This document shows, piece after piece, positions 47,896-61,220 of a DNA stretch of 64,000 bases (within the stretch, counting starts at the first letter, position 1; each line of letters begins with the position of its first letter). The stretch is from Lepidodermella squamata (Eukaryota; Animalia; Gastrotricha). A model generated the notes under the pieces. The model searched no databases, was not told the origin of the DNA, and was given only the letters and a program-made list of their open reading frames with translations. A program made the position numbers and the translations under genes. The DNA is taken from contig JBLDXI010000024.1 in the NCBI GenBank assembly GCA_047495785.1, positions 5,394,001 to 5,458,000 of the forward strand. The letters run 5' to 3'.

Positions 47896-49440
47896 ATGCC
47901 GTACGGGCGACAGCAACAGAATGATCAGAACCAGCAGTACCAGCAACAGCAACAACAGTACCAACATTACGGTGATGATGAACAACAGCAGCAGGAACAG
48001 CCGCAAGACTACCAAGCCGGCGAAGGCTACTATGACAACGGTGATGGCAATAACAACCCGGACGATCAGTATTACGCGAATGAGCAGCAAAATGAGCAGC
48101 AGCAACAGGTTGGCGACGACAATCAACAGCCATCGGCAGCTCCGGCTGCAAGCGTGACACCGACGCCGACTGCCGGGGCAGGCCAGCGTGTCGCCAGCCA
48201 ACAGCCCCAGCAGAGCCAGCAGCAGTCGCAATCTCCAGCTAAAAACCAACAACAGGCAAACGCCAATAATAATGATAAGCTAATGTCGGCAAGTGACATG
48301 CAGCTGTTGATGGAGATCAAAAAGCTTAAAAAACAGGTTGGCTTTTAGGTTATAAACCGGTAATATCTTCGCATTTTGCGCCTTTAAGAATGCGGCCAAG
48401 GACGAGGAGATAGGCAGGCTGAACAAGGCGATTGCCAAGTTGAAGATCAAGCCGAAAATCGATGAGCTGGAACGCAATCTCAGGGTAACACTTTTCATCA
48501 CACTGTTTCCTCTTTTCATAGTTTCAATAATAGGCTGCAATTTTTTCCAGTCAGTAATAATTATGATTTGCAAAGAAGCGAGATCTAATTAGGGCCTCGA
48601 CAAATCCTGCAGCTGAGAATCCTGTTCCAAACGTGTTTAACCAAGTAACAGGTTCTGAATAGATCAACATAGAACATCGACCTTAGACGAATTCGTAAAA
48701 CTGTCAAAGAGTTCGGATTGTCGATAGAATTTCGATTTCTCCATATCACTGATTGTCATAGTTTTATAAATAGCTTTATCTGATTGTCAATCAGAGCCCA
48801 TTATGGGCAATACGGGAATACTCTATGGCTAACCATGGAGAAATAAAATTTCCCCCCGATCTGGAACCCCTCGATTCGTTTGGCTGCGCCAAACTCACTC
48901 GGGGTTCCAGATCGGGGGGAAATTGTATAGGAATTGGATAGGAATTGGTCAAGTTATTATTCTACTGTCCCAGAACTGCCCTGGTTACCAAGCGAAATAG
49001 CTATTTCCAAGACTCGGCACTGATCGGAAGCTATTTTCGATTACTCTCGGAATCCCCAGGAAACTCGAAACCTCCATGTTATTTCAAATTTGAAATTATT
49101 TTCCGATTATGTTTTAATGTCGTGGATTACATCATAGAGAACGTACCTATTTTCCTTCAAATTTCAAACTATGGTTGTAGTGAAAGTTTCAAGTCAGATT
49201 TTCCGACAAAAATTGTAGCAATTAGGTCTTTCCCATTATTATAAGCTGATCCCTATGAATATTCTCTGTGGTTTACAGGAGGCGCAGGGGCTGGTTGATG
49301 AGCTGAAGCAACGAGTGACCACCACGAGCCCAACGGGTTCTACATCGCCATCTTCATTGTCTCGAGGGTCTGTAGGCGGCGGCGGCGGCGGCTACAACAA
49401 CAGCAATCAGCAGCAGAAAAACAACAAAAGAACTTATTGA
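47896..49440 (+). CDS. Orphan with Q/N/Y-rich low-complexity N-terminus and coiled-coil C-terminus (exons 47896-48336, 48389-48484, 49279-49440)
   Basis: Three phase-0 compatible GT-AG exons: ...LLMEIKKLKKQ/NAAKDEEIGRLNKAIAKLKIKPKIDELERNLR/EAQGLVDELKQR. Confidence 0.65.
48847..48924. repeat. Perfect 24-bp inverted repeat with inner 7-bp hairpin (mini-MITE-like) in an intron
   Basis: AATTTCCCCCCGATCTGGAACCCC ... GGGGTTCCAGATCGGGGGGAAATT; inner GTTTGGC-TGC-GCCAAAC. Confidence 0.85.
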
Positions 49441-50279
49441 AACTGTTATCTTCAATTAAATAGGTAGGCTGCTAATTATTTCCAATAAAATTCTTATTTT
49501 TTAATGAGAATTTTTGTGATTGCGACGGAAATATTGCGGCTTTCTATAAATTGATGCTGAAGACCGGTAGACGTAGGTACTCATAGCTGGAAAAAGTATC
49601 GGAAGGCAAGCATCTTGCTGGTATTGCAAATCGGGCGTTTCTCGTTTTTTGGGACTTTCTAACTGGAACTCCGGTGGTTTTATTTTCGTGTTGTTTCCTG
49701 TTTCGAACGTCTTCGTTTTGGTATTTGTTTCACGAATGGCGCGCGCGCGCTCTCTCTCTCTCAATGTACATCTGAGGTTGCGGTAGACAGACACTGCGTG
49801 TGCAACTTACGTATATGCGGAGGTATCTCGATACTTTTGCGATCTGCGATACCCAATAGTGCGATATACCTAATAGGTAGCAAATCGCCGGCTCGTGTGT
49901 AATACTACTCGGTATAGGTACCGAATGCGGAATGCGGACGCGCATCAGCGGAGACGGCCGTAAGGAGCGAATCGCCCAACTGCGAGCCGGTATTCGTACG
50001 TCTAGTAACATGCCGGTGAACTGCAGCTGCTCGCCGGCTCATCGGGTGTATAGGCATCTTCTTATATAGATACATTTGTGCTCAGCTTAACCGCCGGGGC
50101 GAGTAAGTATTACGATGCACTCGTACCATCATCGGTCGAGATCAGCGCGGCAGCAGCGGCAGAGAGACGGGAACGCCCGGTGAGGCGCGAAACAAATCGG
50201 AATAATGCTGTGACGTGAAAAATTCGAAAACAAAACTTGAAAACAAATGCCGTAGATTGGTGGTGTGTTCACTCAGATA

Positions 50280-53200
50280 ATTTATTATTGTTATTATCAT
50301 CATTATCGTTATCATCGATCATCACTTTTTTCTTTCTTTTCATTATTATCAGTATTATAGCGCATGTTGTTGTGTAAATTGTCGCCATTTTGTTGAAATT
50401 GGCGTTGGGAGTACGCCATGCAATAAGCAGGCAGGCGTAACAACACACAGGGCCTGCGATTATTCATCTTTTTCTGTCAGTCTTCTTCTTCGTCTTCCTC
50501 TTCTTGTCAATTTTCGATTAGGTAGGTATTCGACGAATGACAAATAAATCAGCAACATGAATGGCTGGCTCTACAGGTGATAGATATGTATATTCGTGAA
50601 TCCAGCAAGCAGCCATGATGATGCATCAACGTGTCGTAAGTATCTTCGAGAATAACACAGACACACAAGAACAAGAAGAAGAAGAAGAAGAAGAAAAACA
50701 TATGACAGCAGGCTGTTTTCGTCACAGAGAGAGAGAGAGAGAGAGAGAGAAGAATGCGAACAAGAATGAATATTTCGTTCATTCCCTTGATTTGTGTCTT
50801 TGGTTTTTTGCTTGCTAAATTGGCTGGTGTTTTCGGAACCATGTCAACGGGCTGCGCGCATGTGTGTGTGCGTGTGTCTTTCTCTGTTATATCCATTATT
50901 ATTGTTAATATTTGTTGATCGGTAGTAGTAGTAGTAGTAATCTTTGTACAACATACAAACATGAAGTTGAAAACGAGAACGAAGAACAAGAAAAAAGAAT
51001 AAGAATTATTAGAGAATAAGAAGAACTTAGAAGAAGAAGAAGAAGATTAAGAAGATGTTGCGTTGCGGGCGTCGAAGAAAGCCATCATCATCATCGATAT
51101 TTCTCTCGCTTTTTTTTTAGAAAAAAATGATTAAACAAACAAACAAAATGATGGCCGATGATGACACATGTAAACTAGTATGCTAGTAGTAGTAGTAGTA
51201 GTAGTAGTTCGAAGTGGTTTTCAGAGTGGTGGTGGTGGTTGTCACACGCGAGCAGGCAGGCAGGCAGGCAGGCAGGCACACACACACACATAGGTGGTAC
51301 ATAGGTAATAAATAATACAAATATGCAGCAATAGCCTCGGCGAATCAATCACGAATCAAATGGCATCCATCATCATCTTTTATCTTGCAATTTCGCAGCG
51401 ATGAACCGTTGAAATATTATCATATCATAGAAGTAGTACGATGTAAAAATGCTGAATACTACATACATAATCGCTTATCGATTTGAGGGACGACGACGAC
51501 GACGAAAAAAGAACAGTCATCGAAAAAAAACTCGGGAATATTAAGAAGAAGAGAAGAGCGAGCGAGCGAGCTTTTGCTTGCTTGCTTGAGATACAAAGTG
51601 CAGTTTCATCATCATCATCATCATCATCATCATTGGCAATCAATCGCATTGTGTCAAATGCGCGTGAAAACACATTCACATGTTGTCACAGTCGTAGTCG
51701 TAGTAGAAGTATGAAATTACAACGATTTGATATAAGATATAATATGTAAGAAGAAGTATAGAAATAATTCGCATATTAACAAGTATTATTATTACTGTGT
51801 TCGGTATTGTTATTATTATGACCAGCAATTGTTCGAAATATCACTTTGATCATCATCATCATCAATTTCTAACATACATAGTAGGTACCATCATCAGTAT
51901 TATCAGTAATCAATTAAGAAACGACGAATAGAGCAGTCAGTAGTAGTAGTAGTAGCGCGTACGTGTACAAAACACTAACTACAACAGAACTCAATGAAGA
52001 AGAAGAATGATGACAATTGCTTTTGGTCTGGCCGATGACTGATATCATCTATCTAGTCTGTCTTTACTACATACTACCAATGCAGGTAGCAGCGAGCGAG
52101 CGAGCAAGCAAGCATACTTGACTTATAGTCCATCGCCATCGATTGCGACGATATTATTGCAATCGTACGACGGCGGTAAGGGCGATTTCAAGGGCGCACA
52201 ATGGCCTTATTGTAGCGAATTGAAACGAATTGACAACGATGAGAAGAGAACAATGCGTACGGGCGAGCGATACTCTAGATACCTAACAGAAGATGCATGG
52301 CAGGATGGATGGCTACTACGTAGGAACTCATTCAATGAGTCTTTGAACGTCTTTGAACGAGTAGATAATCAAGCATGGATCGATGGATGGATGATGACGG
52401 GGAGACAAGACACGTAACACCTAATAAAACATCATCATCATCATCATCATGAGGGTGTAGGCACTACGTACTAATAGTCAGTGGTCAAAGTAGCCTAGAA
52501 CAAGCTACACAGTTGTTGTTGTTGTTGTTGTTGTATCTCTGGCAGAACAAGAGACAGAGATGGATAGATACATGGAGAGGTCAGAGATGAGACGGAGAAC
52601 GCAAGTTGTTGCATGCGAGTGGGTGGGTGACTATAATTATGATGCTGATGAAACAAGAAACAAGAAGAAGAAGAAGGCGAAAACATTAAATTGATACAAA
52701 TCGGCGTCTCATTTAAGACACGTGCTGATTCGCCCATCGCCCTGCCCTGTCTATCTGTCTATCTAGCGTGGTGGTAGATTTTGCGAGTTTTACTAAGCAC
52801 AGAGTAGAAAACAGAGAGAGAGAGAGAGAAGAGATTGGTACTCTACAAGGCTACAAGTAAGTAAGTATGTATCGCCTATCATCATCATCATCATCCGTAT
52901 TATTATTTCTATTATGAGACTGTCTTGTTGTTGTTGCTGTTGTAGTCAAAGTGGGTGTGTAGTTCGGCTGCTAACTACTGAGACTGAAACTTGAACTGCT
53001 GCTGCTGCTGCTATTTCACGCGCTTGTTCAACGAGGCTGTTGCTGCTGCTGCTGTAGTAGTAGAAGATGATGACGACGAGGTCGAGCCACTGCCGCCTGG
53101 CACACCCGTCGAGGTTGAGCCGCCGCCGCCGCCGCCTATCGAGGCGATGCCGACGCCTGAAAAACGACATTGTATGTTAAACATTAGGTACTTGAATGCA

Positions 53201-56080
53201 ACAATTTCGCCAATAAATACACAACATTTTTGTATTAGTGCATGATACTACCTACTTAATCATGAATGACCCCCCCACTGCAATCATTCACAGTCACGCC
53301 TCACAGTCGCCACTGTTTTACACTGTTGTTTGTTTTTTCAGCCTCTCATGTCAGCCAATTGTTTAGCAAAGCAACTTGAATTTTCTAGTCGCAGCGTGCC
53401 TAAACAATTCAAGTGCTGCCTGCCTGATGATTTCATGATGAGGCACCGCGCACCGCATAGTCAACTGATGATAGGTACTACTTTCCGAGTGTTCAAATAG
53501 TGCAAGTTGCAAGTTTCATCTCAGTTGCACTTCAGCTACCATCCATCCTCCATCCAGTTTTGTGAGACATTTGCGAATTCGATAGCTTGCCCATGAAAAA
53601 TCACTCACTCACTCACCCGGCGGCTGCTGCGAAATCTACCGAAACCACGTGATCATCGCGTACAGCAAAAGCCTATCTACCTACGCCTATCAAATGTGAT
53701 GACGGCTCGGCGTCGTCGTTGTTGATACGAATGTCAAACTGCGACAAAAATGCGCAGCGAGGAGGAGCCTGCCGCCGCCGAAATTGCGAGTGTCACACAC
53801 TGTCGAGGTCAAGTTGTTGCCCGCAGTAAAAGTGCCCGCTCATTTCAATTTTAAAATTATACAGAATACTATTGTCAAACCCACCGACATACATATTATT
53901 GTGGCTGCTAACGAGGCGTGACTGTGACTGACCGTGTACACTACTACAAATGCATAGTAGTTACCTATAATGCTTACCTATATTAGGCGACGTGTTCGAG
54001 ATCGAGTTGTTGTTTGAAGAGGACGAAGAACCGGCAGGTGACCGTCCACCCCCACCGCCAGCAGCTGTGCTCGTAGAACCACCGCCTTGTAGCCTCGCGC
54101 TACTCGCAGCTGCATTCGAGTTCGAGGATGATGGCGCTAGAGACGCAGTGCCATCCGTCGGTGGCACGCGTACAGGCAACTGAGCCGTGCCGCCTTGGCT
54201 GTTCTGTTGCTGTAGCTGTTGGCTGCTCTGGCCCTGGTGCTGTACAGCCGAGAGAAGGCTGACGCCGGACTGGAAGATGCGCGGCTTCTGGCCGACGGGC
54301 ATGCGCGTCAACGCCGTCTCGACGTCGGCGAGCTGGCGCCAGAACTCGTCGCGCTCCTTCTCGCGCCGCTTCGCCCCCGCCACCACGTCCTTGTTCTTCG
54401 CCGTCAGCTCGTTGAACAACGCCGTGTTCATGTCCTGCGAATTCATGTGAATATACGTAAATAAAAATCAGAAATAAATCAGAAACATCAATCACGCAGA
54501 ACCGCCACATTGACGTTGCAGCCATACCCCATTTCACACGTTCATTGCTCGCTCAGTACCGCGTTCTTATTAATTATTAACATTGGTTGGTCGCTGAATT
54601 CATCTTACGCCTGTGTTTCTGATCGCTTCCGCTGCTTTTTACGCCAATAATTACTTATTAGATTAGAGCGAGCCCACACACGTCTCATCAATAATCGATA
54701 ATCGATAATCGATCAATGGATCGCAACACCACTACTGCTGCTGCGAGTGATTGGCCCTACAGGGATGGATGGATGTGATGGACGATCACAATTGCGGTGA
54801 TGATGATGATGGTAGATGAATGTTAAAGCGAGGCGCAAAAAACAAGTCCGTGTTCGTTCGTTTTCTCACATTACATTGCATTGCATTGCATTGCATTCAA
54901 TTAACTTAGCTAACAGTCAGTCAGCCGAGTCGATCAATGACAATTTACTACTACTGCATATCGCATTATCAATTTATATCGATCACTCTTCTGTAACTGA
55001 CTGACTGCTGAATATGATGACATCATGATGAAATCCTACTATTGTGCCTTTTGGTCTTTCTCAATCATAAATAATGTCATGTTTTCATCTCAACTGTACA
55101 TCATCGATACATCATCTCGATGCAGATAGCAGGCACAAACGATGAGTAGTAGTAGTAGTAGTAGATCAAATCAATCAATCAATCGATATCGACCCGCATC
55201 GATCGATGCTACCACCAATCGCATTAGTAGATTTTGATGAAATCGGCCATTTAAATGTTGCAGCAGCAGCAGCAGCACATGACGATGCAATAATGACTAC
55301 GATTTAGGCTACGACGACGAATGCGACAGCGAATCGAAGAAACGGACGGACGGACGATCGAAATAATAGCAATCTGATGCGCGAGCGAACACACGGACTA
55401 GTAAACTTGCCATCGCTCGATACAGCTCTAGTAGTAGTAGTAGTAGTAGCGCGTGTGTAATGCAGTTTAGCAGCAGCAGCAACAACAGCAGCAGTAGTAG
55501 TAGACGGCGACGAAGAAGAAGAAGAATCGCCTTAGCCGCGCCTCACCCACTAGCCGTAGTAGTAGTAGTAGTAGTAGTAGCGTTTTTCTACTCTGCTACT
55601 ACTATTGCTACTACTACTACTGCTGCTGCTGCTATTATTAGCAACTGCCGTACGCATGCTACTGTTGCTGCTGCTGCAGCCCTAACTGCGCTACTTGTTC
55701 ATTTTTCTTTATAATATAGATGTGTTTGTTTGTTTGCTCGATTATTAATAGTACTATCATCATCATCATCATCATACGCTATATTGCGATTGTAGCAGCA
55801 GCAGCAGCAGCCATGAGCAGTTAGCCGCCAACTTCATACATACAGACATACATACATGCATACATGGCAGCGCGTATCGATTCAACTGAAGAATATCAAT
55901 CTCGCTCTTTATAAACATAATATACGATTGTAGCACTCACTCACTCGATCGCTCACTCGCTAAATCTAATGTAATTGATCGATGTGACACTCGTCACAAT
56001 CGCTAGCTAGCTCATTCATTCATTCACTCGCTCGCTCAATTCTCCTCATCCAAATAAGTAAGTAAGTAAGTGAACTCAAC
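50280..56080. repeat. Microsatellite-dense region ((TAG)n, (CAT)n, (CAG)n, (GAA)n, (GA)n, (CA)n) in PP2A-B56 introns and 3' region
   Basis: Numerous short tri- and dinucleotide runs read directly from the sequence. Confidence 0.85.
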
Positions 56081-57808
56081 CAAGTACTTACCATGAGCAC
56101 TTTTAACACGTTGAAAGCCAGTGACACAATGGTTCGGTTCCAGTGCGCCTGTTCCTTCGAGATCCGATACTGTTCAATACACAAACAAACAACAATTGTT
56201 GAATTAAACAATTAGAGACTATATAACAAATGAAAAGCTGGTGCGCGGACCTCTTACGCCGAATCAGCCATCACTATCAATTAGCAATTGCAATTATCAG
56301 TATTTCCTATTTCGGTTAATTGACACAATCTAGAAACTTGGTCAGCAGTTCATTTACTCAACAGGTGTCGAAAAGGTTCAACACTTGAGTAAAATCGCAT
56401 TAACATCCAAGAAAAAAGTAACAATTGACTCGCTGACTGATTCGGTCATTGAAGGATGTGAAAACGTGCGAATAAAACTTACGAGAGATGGAAAGATGAT
56501 GGGCATTATCACCGTAATGTTCTCCTCCACCAACGACAGCAACTGAAAACAGCAAATGAAATGCATAAAAACACACTATATAGACAGCATTGAACGTACG
56601 TATTCGTTGTTGAAGAGGAAGAGCGCGCGCTCCGAGACCTGGAAGTGCGGCGACTGCATGCAGCGCGCGATCATGCCGAACAGCTCGACCATGATCAGCT
56701 TGAACTGCGTCGCGTCGACGATCTCGAGAATCTCCTCGAGCTCGCCTAGAAACATCACCTCTTTGCGCGAGCACGTCTTCGGCCAGTAGCGGAGCACGCT
56801 GCGCACGACCGGCTCCGTGAGCGTCGCGTCCTTCTCCAGGAACTGCACCACGCAGTACGTGAGCTGCGCGTGGAAGAACGCCAGCGAGCGCGCCGTGTGC
56901 AGCGGCAGCAGCACCTTTATCAGAAACTGCTTGTGCTCCGCTTTCAGCGGCAGCGCGAAGCCGTTGATGATCGAGCCGAGGATCTCCAGCAGCTCGCCGA
57001 CCCCGTTGAACTTCTCCGTCTCGTAGACGAAGCGCAGGAAGATGTTGTTGATCTGCTTGCGGATGAACGCGCGCAGCCCCAGGAACTTGCCGTAGATGCG
57101 GTGCAGCACCGTCTTCAGGTAGTCGCGTTCGCGCGGGTCCTCGCTGTCGAACAGCTCCAGCACCTGCAACACGAACTTCTGGTCCAGGTACCGCTTCGCC
57201 ACGTTCGGCTGGAACTCGGGCGACTCGAGGAAGCGCAGGAACAGCTCGTACACGAGTTGCAGGTGCGGCCACGCCAGCTCCAGCTCCGGCTCGTCCTCCT
57301 CCGGGTCAAAGTCCTGCATCTCGACGGGCGGGAGGGCGCGGAACACATTGACACTAACCATCTTCACCACCTCCGGGTACACCGCGTCCGACAGCACGCC
57401 CTTGTTCGTGCCGATGTAGTCGATCAGCTCGTTCAGCACCGCCCGCTTCACCTCCTTGCTCTTCACGTCCGTCACCGCGTCGCTGAAGTCGAACAACACG
57501 CAGCACTGCTGCAGCTTCCGCACCAGCAGCTCCACCTGCTCGCTCGCCGACGCGTCCTTCAGCAGCGGCAGCGGCGTCAGCTCCGTGTGCGTGCTGTTCG
57601 AGAAGCGTGACGTCGACCCGCCGCCGTGCGACATGCCCTTGCCCTTGCTGCGCCCCGGCACCTTCAGCGGGTCGCCCTGCTCCTTCTTCATGTACGTATC
57701 TAGGAAATCGCCCGGTGCCTTCTCCACTTGCGACGAGTGCAACGCCGCCTGCGACGGGCCGTGACTCCCCGACGATGGCCCGTGCTTACTACTACCCGTT
57801 AATGACAT
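53011..57808 (-). CDS. PPP2R5: PP2A 56-kDa regulatory subunit B' (B56, widerborst/PPP2R5A-E-like), 5 exons
   Basis: [91 protein letters not shown]; last exon ends KRVK-stop at 53011. Confidence 0.95.
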
Positions 57809-59037
57809 AACGATAATGTTGCTGATGCTGCTGCTGATGGTCTCAGCAACAATGACAATAATAATAACAACCTAGTCAACTTGTCTGTTGCCGGTCCAGC
57901 TCAAGGCCAGCCTCTTTTAATCACCTATAAGAAGAAAATAAAACAGAGTAAAAAAAGCACCATTCACAACAGACTTCCTAGACAGAAGAAAGCGTATATA
58001 AGATTGAAGATATGCGTTATGAGATTGAAATTCAGCAAGCAATACACTTTTTACTTTTGGTCTTTCATCGGGATGACAGATGGATATATAAGCCCAACCG
58101 CCACTAACCCGACGATACGCTTGGGCATCGGTTAGGCAAGTTTGACAAGAGTCACCTGGTGAGCTTTTACACGAGCCTCGTGGTGCAATAAACTAGAGAA
58201 TTAGTTGAACCAATTCTACCATATTCCGTGGCGTCTTGGTTGCACGCATGCTCTCAGGATGGCTGTCCCGTGTCCCGCACAACGTACAACTCACTTTCGT
58301 TCTCTTCATCAAAGGTCCAATAAATCGCAGCTCGGCTATTTTTTAAACCTGAAATGGCTGTGGAGCTCTCATCATCAATGGGACTCTTTATTTTCCCGTG
58401 TTTAGCATTTAGCCTAAGCTTCGTTGGCTTCGTCAACAGGCAACAGGAGACGAACAGTTCTTAATGTAAGTATGCTACATGTATATGATAAATGGTAGTG
58501 GATATTTTCGACTAGAAATAACTCTACATCTTCCACTCCTGTTCCTGGAAACTGGAAATATCATGCATGACATTGAAGTAATAAGTCAAGTTATCTTCAG
58601 CCACATTAACAGAAAAAATTGGAAAATGGCCTTCAGGTAACCTTGAAAGTTAAGAATCCTGTTAGAAGTTGAAACAATGTTTACAAAGTAAATTTGTGTA
58701 GGTAGAGATGTTGTCGTCGGGTAATAATTTTGTCCTTTGCCATTGCCATTTGTCCCGGCGCCTAGCGGGGTTCGGAATTCTTCAACGAACCGTTCACACA
58801 TGCAGTGTTTTACCCACAGGCTTCCGAAATCCAAAAACCGGCTCCCCATACGATCAACCATGTAACCACTTAATTTCTGATAACATTCCTAAATTATTAT
58901 TCCACAAATTAGGAAATTTTAAAATTAAAGCAACGCAAATTATAGTAAAATACAAAATTAAAAAGGTCAAAATGTATTTCCAGTTTTGAGTGGCGTCCAT
59001 AGCTACGACAGCACTATCTCTGCTACCCTTTGAAGTT

Positions 59038-59595
59038 GCGTTCGACACCATTGATCGCAACAAGCCGATGTCTATACTTCAATAAATCATCGACGACTCG
59101 GAACTGGCACTGATACACCTTCTACTCAAGGATATGAAGCTTGAAATTTCGTTCGGCAAAGCGGCTGATAGTATTGAAACGATTATCGGAAGCCCAGGGA
59201 GCCCAAGGAGATTCGCTCTCACCTGTTCTATTCATCATATACCTCGAAGCAAGTTTGAGAGCTCTCAGGGCTGCTCTGCCTCAGCCGACCGAAGAGCTCA
59301 CATACGCTGATGACACGGACTGGATCACCAGCAACATGGATAAGGCCGATCTTATCGGAGAAACCACAGCAGCGAAACTAGCGTCTGACAACCTGCTCGT
59401 CAACAAAACAAGAAGGAGTTGGTCAACTACGGTCTGATCCCCGTATATCCCTTGCCTTCAATACCGCAATCAATAAACAGCACCGAAGACGTCACTCTCC
59501 TGAAAGATGCTGCTGCAGATCGCGAACGTTTGAAAGCTGTGGTGAAACTCGCGGCATCCTCTGCTATGCAGTGAAATGTTTTAATTAACTACTAC
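59038..59595 (+). mobile_element. 5'-truncated, frameshifted non-LTR retrotransposon RT fragment
   Basis: AFDTIDR, QGDSLSPVLFIIYL, YADD, LLVNKT; stop codon and a small tandem duplication causing a frameshift; short (CTA)n-like tail. Confidence 0.8.
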
Positions 59596-59971
59596 TTGAG
59601 TTCGAACTTTTTCTTGCGGTTTTCTGCAACCTCTTTCGTCTATTATACGGGGTGGTGATCCTAAGCTCCTTAACCACACCTTAATTCCTCAAGTACTAAA
59701 AGGTTGGTCTTCCTCTGATATTTTCAAAGTGTTACTGAAAAGGATTGTGGCAATGAAATCCGGTGTATGAAAACATGTAATATCTGTCTAACCGTAGTAT
59801 ATGAAATTATAATATTTGTATCATTTAGATAATAAAGTTTTTATTGCGTTTTTCGGGTGCCAAAGCGTCCAATTGTTTATTTTGTATGATTGCTTTTTCC
59901 TTGCTCATTTCAGCTGCATTCGGCAGATTTCACCGCTTCGACGACTCACTTGCCGTGGCCTTGAATACGAC

Positions 59972-60044
59972 GGGGGATTAGCTCAAATGGTAGAGCGCTC
60001 GCTTAGCATGCGAGAGGTAACGGGATCGACGCCCGTATCCTCCA
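59972..60044 (+). tRNA. tRNA-Ala(AGC)
   Basis: GGGGGATTAGCTCAAATGGTAGAGCGCTCGCTTAGCATGCGAG...ATCCTCCA. Confidence 0.95.
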
Positions 60045-60121
60045 CAATTTTTTCTGCGTGGGGAAACGGTTTCTACGCCGATAAATGAGACGTAGGTCCT
60101 GATATTCTAGCTGTCATCATC

Positions 60122-60192
60122 GGCTCAGTAGCTTAGTGGTAGAGCGTCTGCCTAGTAAGAAGAAGATCGAGGGTTCGATCCCCCCTGAGCCT
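60122..60192 (+). tRNA. tRNA-Thr(AGT), probably degenerate
   Basis: GGCTCAG/CTGAGCC acceptor stem, loop CTAGTAA; anticodon-stem mismatch and T-stem one nt short. Confidence 0.7.
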
Positions 60193-60275
60193 GGTCTTAG
60201 GTGAAATTTTTGAAAATAAATCCACGCAAATTCGCAGTCAGTTTTTATGTCGCAGGCGTGGAAATCATAAAAACG

Positions 60276-60347
60276 TTCCCTGACCGGGAATCACACCCGG
60301 GCCGCCGCGCTGAAAGCGCGGAATCCTAACCAGTAGACCATCAGGGA
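60276..60347 (-). pseudogene. tRNA-Glu(TTC) pseudogene
   Basis: Copy of 18618-18689 with the T-loop/B-box changed from GGTTCGA to GGTGTGA, plus D-loop and anticodon-loop substitutions. Confidence 0.85.
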
Positions 60348-60442
60348 GATGATGACAACAAGACCGCTGGACGTTGTGTTCATTCATTCAGTCTGACATT
60401 CAGCGCTTGCTTTTTGCACGTCGTCACAGGTAAAAATGCGGT

Positions 60443-60514
60443 GGGCCCGTTCGGGAATTGAACCCGAGACCTCTCGCACCCGAAGCGAGAATCATACCCC
60501 TAGACCAACGGGCC
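60443..60514 (-). tRNA. tRNA-Pro(CGG)
   Basis: Identical to 18781-18852. Confidence 0.95.
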
Positions 60515-60589
60515 GGTGCTACGCTACCGCTAGGAAGGTTCTACCTAAGCGTTCGTAGTGGCACTTGGGGTTACCAAAAACGTGGGGCA

Positions 60590-60662
60590 CGCCGAGACCC
60601 GGGATCGAACCAGGGACCTTTAGATCTTCAGTCTAACGCTCTCCCAACTGAGCTATCTCGGC
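60590..60662 (-). tRNA. tRNA-Phe(GAA)
   Basis: Identical to 18932-19004. Confidence 0.95.
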
Positions 60663-60735
60663 TGTTATGTACAGAAGTGGTAAAGTTGATGCTTCGATTG
60701 CTCATTGCAGGCTGTTATAGTTTGATTACAAATTG

Positions 60736-60752
60736 CGCTCCTGGGTGGGCTC

Positions 60753-60792
<40 letters not shown>

Positions 60793-60809
60793 AATTGCGC
60801 CACAGAAGC
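60736..60809 (-). tRNA. tRNA-Asn(GTT)
   Basis: GCTTCTGTGGCGCAATTGGTTAGCGCGTTCGGCTGTTAACCGAA...CAGGAGCG, intact. Confidence 0.95.
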
Positions 60810-60982
60810 TCACGGCAGGCGGAACTAGCAGGAGGCTAACGATTCGCCAAGGTCTGCGATCTTGGGTCCAGTTCGATATGCAGTCATTAGAGTAGCGGAC
60901 GCGATTTTATCCTTTACAGCCTTTACAGCCGACAAGCTTTTGTATGATACACCAGATTAACATCACCTCACCCCTCACTCGA

Positions 60983-61068
60983 CCCGCGATAGCTCAGCTG
61001 GTAGAGCGGAGGACTGTAGATGCAACGCAGCTATCCTTAGGTCGGTGGTTCAAGTCCGCCTCGCGGGA
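60983..61068 (+). tRNA. tRNA-Tyr(GTA) with 13-nt intron
   Basis: Identical to 19353-19438, including the intron. Confidence 0.95.
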
Positions 61069-61145
61069 TCGATGACTTTTTCAGCTGATAAGCAAGCGAA
61101 TTCGGTTATTTTCGAGCCTCGCAGAAGCTTTGCCATCTTGGATCA

Positions 61146-61220
61146 GGCCCGTTGGTCTAGGGGTGTGATTCTCGCTTTGGGTGCGAGAGGTCTCGGGTTC
61201 AAATCCCGGATGACGGGCCC
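61146..61220 (+). pseudogene. tRNA-Pro(TGG), probable pseudogene
   Basis: 3-nt insertion at the T-stem/acceptor junction (CCCGGATGACGGGCCC) and a D-arm substitution. Confidence 0.75.

Noticed and set aside
49690-50230. Patchy imperfect inverted repeats suggesting a structured ncRNA or old transposon
   Set aside because: Matches are short and discontinuous, with no TSD or recognisable ncRNA motif; it would need an Infernal/RepeatMasker run.
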